64,000 bases of DNA from Alphaproteobacteria bacterium. Its GTDB lineage: Bacteria > Pseudomonadota > Alphaproteobacteria > Bin95. This document shows, piece by piece, positions 60,940 to 64,000 of this stretch; positions within the stretch are counted from its first letter, which is position 1; each line of letters starts with the position of its first letter. The notes beneath the pieces are model-generated. The model saw only the letters and a list, made by a program, of their open reading frames with translations. It was not told the DNA's origin and did no database searches. The stretch spans positions 4,832,001 to 4,896,000 of the forward strand of contig CBDBGH010000003.1 in the NCBI GenBank assembly GCA_965205265.1. Reading direction: 5' to 3'. Made by a program: the position numbers and the translations under genes.

Positions 60940-62855
60940 CCTGACTTCGACGGTTGATTCGCATAAGTAGTTGATATTGCCTGGTTCTCATTTCGGCTAG
61001 GCACTACATCCGGCATTTCTTCGAGCCGTGCTTCGTCGACGGTCAGGCGAGTTGATACGGGGTGATCGTCAGGGGCAGCCCCATGGTTGCGTAAATCTGC
61101 TCCGCCGCCGGTGTCGGCTTCGAGGGGATGACGTAGCGGTTGCCCGATTGCCGACAGCGCAGCAGGGAGCACTGGCGGTGGACGAGGGCGGAGCGGATGA
61201 CCTCCGGGGACATCCGCCGCTTCTGGATGGCGACGCGGTACGCAAGGTGTCGAACGCAGGCGAAGGCCAGGAAGGCGATGGCGATGTGAGCGCGGATCCG
61301 GTCCGGGTTCCAGTGCCAGATGGGACGTATCTTCAGGTCGTGTTTGGTGATCCGGAAGCTCTCCTCGACCTGCCAGAGCCCCTGGTAGTGAGCCATCACT
61401 TCGGTGACGCGCGCGTCGCGCAGATTGGTGATGACGCCGGTGAGCCCGTCCCATCGTGCGGCCTCGGCGATCTTCTCCGGGTTCACCGTGAGCCGTGCGT
61501 CGCCCTCGACGGCGATGAAGCGCTTCGCCCCGTGATTGGAGAGCAGTTCCCTGGGATTGTCGCTGCGGGCCAGCCTGTCGAGCAGGCGTTCCACCTGATG
61601 GCGGCGCTCGTGCGCGTCCTTGCGTGCGCGCTGGGGGCAGAAGACGACGATCAGGCGACGGCCCTTGTACTCCCACTCGCCGACCCGGCGGTCCTGTGAG
61701 CCCTCCAGCGGGGCATAGGTCCCGGGGTCGAGAACCTGCCCCAGCAGCGCGAGCGGCAGCTTGCGCAGCCGCGCGCCGACGACATACTCGCCGCCGATGG
61801 CGTCCATGGCGTCGAGGTTGTCGGCGCTCAGCATGCCCCGGTCGGCCACGCATACCGTGCGCTCCACCTGGTGGCGGCGCTGCATGTCCTGCAGGACCGG
61901 GACCATGCTGTGTCCCTCGTAGGTGGCGCCGGGGAAGACCTCGTAGCTGATCGGCAGCCCTTCGCGCGTCACCATCAGCGCCAGCAGAACCTGCGAGTCC
62001 TTGTGTTTGCCGTCCTTGCTGAAGCCGTGCTGGCGAAGCTCGTCCTCGGCGGCCGTCTCGAAGTAGAGCGTGGTGCAATCGAAGAAGAGGATCGCGACCG
62101 GCTCCGGCAGCAGCGACCGGCTCGCCTCGCCGACGCGCGTGCGCAGTCGCTCGATCACCGTCGCGTCGAGCTGATCCATCATCCGGTAGACCTTCTCGAG
62201 CGGAAGACTCACGCCGAAGTCCTCCTCGAGCCGGCGCACGCTGCCCCGCTTGCTGTCGGGGTTGGCTACCCGCGCCATCACCACATGGAACAGCGCGTCA
62301 TGGGAGGCCCGGTAGCGCGAGCGCGGCAGCAGCGCGTCGAGGCCCAGCAGCCGGTAGATCTCGCCATAGACCTCGTGGATGCCTGTGATCAGGCGCTGCT
62401 CCTCTTCAAGCTGCTTGAGGTCGACCGGGAGTTCCTCCTTGCCGTCCCCCCGGCGGCCGACACGGATCGCCTGCTCAGCGATCTTCTCGGGCGCAAACAA
62501 TGCCGGCTGACGCTCGTCCTCCAGCTTCGCCTTGACGTACTCGCCGAGCTGCCTCAGGCGCTCGAGCTCGTCCTCGTCCATGGCCACGCCGACATGGCGG
62601 ACGATGCGCTGTCGGACCTTGCCGCCGTCGCGCACGGCCTCGACGATCTGGACCGAGCGTCGCGGGCTGTTGGGGGAGGTCTTGATGCGCACGAACATGG
62701 GGGGAGTGTAGCGCGTGGCGGAGGCATTGACAGTCTCAAAGATTTACTAGGCACTACAACGCAGCTTGACCGCACCGCAACTGCCAACTCATTGGCTTTA
62801 CTGAAAACTCCAGACGCGAGATCGGTCAGAAGTCAGCCCAACCGTCGAAGTCAGG
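60940..62855 (-). mobile_element. IS1634 family element, copy 2 (inverted relative to copy 1)
   Basis: Same 17-bp TIRs, 1916 bp, identical transposase translation; no flanking DR seen. Confidence 0.93.
61043..62698 (-). CDS. IS1634 family transposase
   Basis: Same 551-aa protein as 36907-38562. Confidence 0.93.
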   Translation of the reverse strand: MFVRIKTSPNSPRRSVQIVEAVRDGGKVRQRIVRHVGVAMDEDELERLRQLGEYVKAKLEDERQPALFAPEKIAEQAIRVGRRGDGKEELPVDLKQLEEEQRLITGIHEVYGEIYRLLGLDALLPRSRYRASHDALFHVVMARVANPDSKRGSVRRLEEDFGVSLPLEKVYRMMDQLDATVIERLRTRVGEASRSLLPEPVAILFFDCTTLYFETAAEDELRQHGFSKDGKHKDSQVLLALMVTREGLPISYEVFPGATYEGHSMVPVLQDMQRRHQVERTVCVADRGMLSADNLDAMDAIGGEYVVGARLRKLPLALLGQVLDPGTYAPLEGSQDRRVGEWEYKGRRLIVVFCPQRARKDAHERRHQVERLLDRLARSDNPRELLSNHGAKRFIAVEGDARLTVNPEKIAEAARWDGLTGVITNLRDARVTEVMAHYQGLWQVEESFRITKHDLKIRPIWHWNPDRIRAHIAIAFLAFACVRHLAYRVAIQKRRMSPEVIRSALVHRQCSLLRCRQSGNRYVIPSKPTPAAEQIYATMGLPLTITPYQLA

Positions 62856-63261
62856 AACTCACTCAGGATCATCGCCAGCCGTTTTCCCTGCAAGACCGAC
62901 ACAAAGCCTACCCCGCCGACATGAAAACCCGAAACGGCCCCTCTACAGACAGCCGCAACAGATTTCCGGTCGGGACCCGGCCGGCGGGCCCGCGCCGCGG
63001 CTTGACGGCTCGTTTCGGGAATGGCCGCGTCGGGAACCGCACCGCGACCGCTGCACCGCGACCGCTGCACCGAATCGGCGGAGCGGCGCGGGCCCTCTGG
63101 TCTCGGCCAGGGACTTGATGCGGTTGCTGGATCAGGAGAGCCCGCCCAGGCTGCGATCCGGGGGCAAGCGTGATCGCCGGGCCGGTAGGGTTATTGAAGA
63201 GACAATCACGACATGATATATATAAGCTGCAATAACGCCTATAATGTAAGGTTTAGTCAAC

Positions 63262-63603
63262 ATGTCTAGATCTGCAAACATTGCCCGGACACCGCCGGCC
63301 GCCGTTGAGGACGCGTTGAGGCGGTTGGGCGGGAACATTCGCACAGCGCGGCTGCGCCGCAATCTGACCCAGGCCCAGCTGGCCGGGCGTATGGGTGTCT
63401 CCCGGTTCGTGGTGGCGGATATCGAGAGAGGCAAGCCGACGACCGGTGCGGCGGCCTGTCTGGGCGCGCTCTGGGGGCTTGGCCTGCTCGCTCACATGCG
63501 TGACGTGGCCGAACCGGACCGCGATCACGAGGGCCGGACGCTGGAGCGCGCTCGAAACCCCGCAAGGGCGCGAAGGCAGCGAGCGATGAGCGATGACTTC
63601 TGA
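63262..63603 (+). CDS. XRE/HipB-like HTH antitoxin
   Basis: LGGNIRTARLRRNLTQAQLAGRMGVSRFVVADIERGKP; upstream of a hipA-like gene. Confidence 0.85.
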   Translation: MSRSANIARTPPAAVEDALRRLGGNIRTARLRRNLTQAQLAGRMGVSRFVVADIERGKPTTGAAACLGALWGLGLLAHMRDVAEPDRDHEGRTLERARNPARARRQRAMSDDF

Positions 63604-64000
63604 GCGCGAGTGCTTCGTCCATATCGTGCTGCCGGAGACAACGGGCTTCGTACTCGCCGGCCGGTTCCGCTGGACGGATGATGGAGACCGCGGGGTCGGG
63701 CGGTTCGTCTATGGGCGCTCCTACCGGGAGCGGCCCGACGCCGTCGAACTCGACCCCGTCGAACTGCATCTCTCCGACAGCGTCTTCGAGACCGCCCGCA
63801 TGGACGGTTTCTTTGGTGCCATCCGGGACTCCATGCCGGATTTCTGGGGGCGGTGCGTGATCGAGCGCAGCGTCGGCCAAGCCGCGCTTCCGGAATTCGA
63901 CTACCTGATGCGGGGACCGCAAGACCGTCCCGGCGCTCTGGGCTTCAGTCCGGGCCTCGAACCTCCGGCTCCCGGCCCGCCCGTCGGGCGGACGCTCGAT
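63593..64000 (+). CDS. hipA: HipA family toxin, N-terminal part (runs off window)
   Basis: MTSERECFVHIVLP...GRFVYGRSY...DAVELDPVEL...FGAIRDSMPDFWGR. Confidence 0.8.
   Translation, partial: MTSERECFVHIVLPETTGFVLAGRFRWTDDGDRGVGRFVYGRSYRERPDAVELDPVELHLSDSVFETARMDGFFGAIRDSMPDFWGRCVIERSVGQAALPEFDYLMRGPQDRPGALGFSPGLEPPAPGPPVGRTLD

Noticed and set aside
63041-63072. 14-bp tandem repeat ACCGCGACCGCTGC x2
   Set aside because: Two copies in GC-rich DNA; probably slippage, no function supportable.

Overview
High-GC, probably alphaproteobacterial DNA that looks like part of a megaplasmid, chromid or giant integrated element rather than core chromosome (inference). It carries orphan dnaA and rpoD genes, a second DnaA-like protein lacking the AAA+ domain, and a tRNA-Ser. 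A PspA/YjfI/DUF2491/DUF350/spermidine-synthase module is split in two. Also present are two PilV-like pilins, a dGTPase, toxin-antitoxin genes and many mobile elements (ISKra4-like, group II intron, IS21, two IS1634 copies, a TnpB element). Three signals stand out. (1) An array of 13 pentapeptide-repeat genes (39.6-60.6 kb) that share an N-cap motif and short Pro-rich C-terminal tails. (2) A 13-bp palindromic box (ACAATCNGATTGT) repeated with an exact 17-bp period at six intergenic sites. (3) An intact tnpB bounded by terminal inverted repeats and a TA duplication instead of IS200/IS605 hairpin ends. Family names come from motif recognition by eye; no database searches were run.
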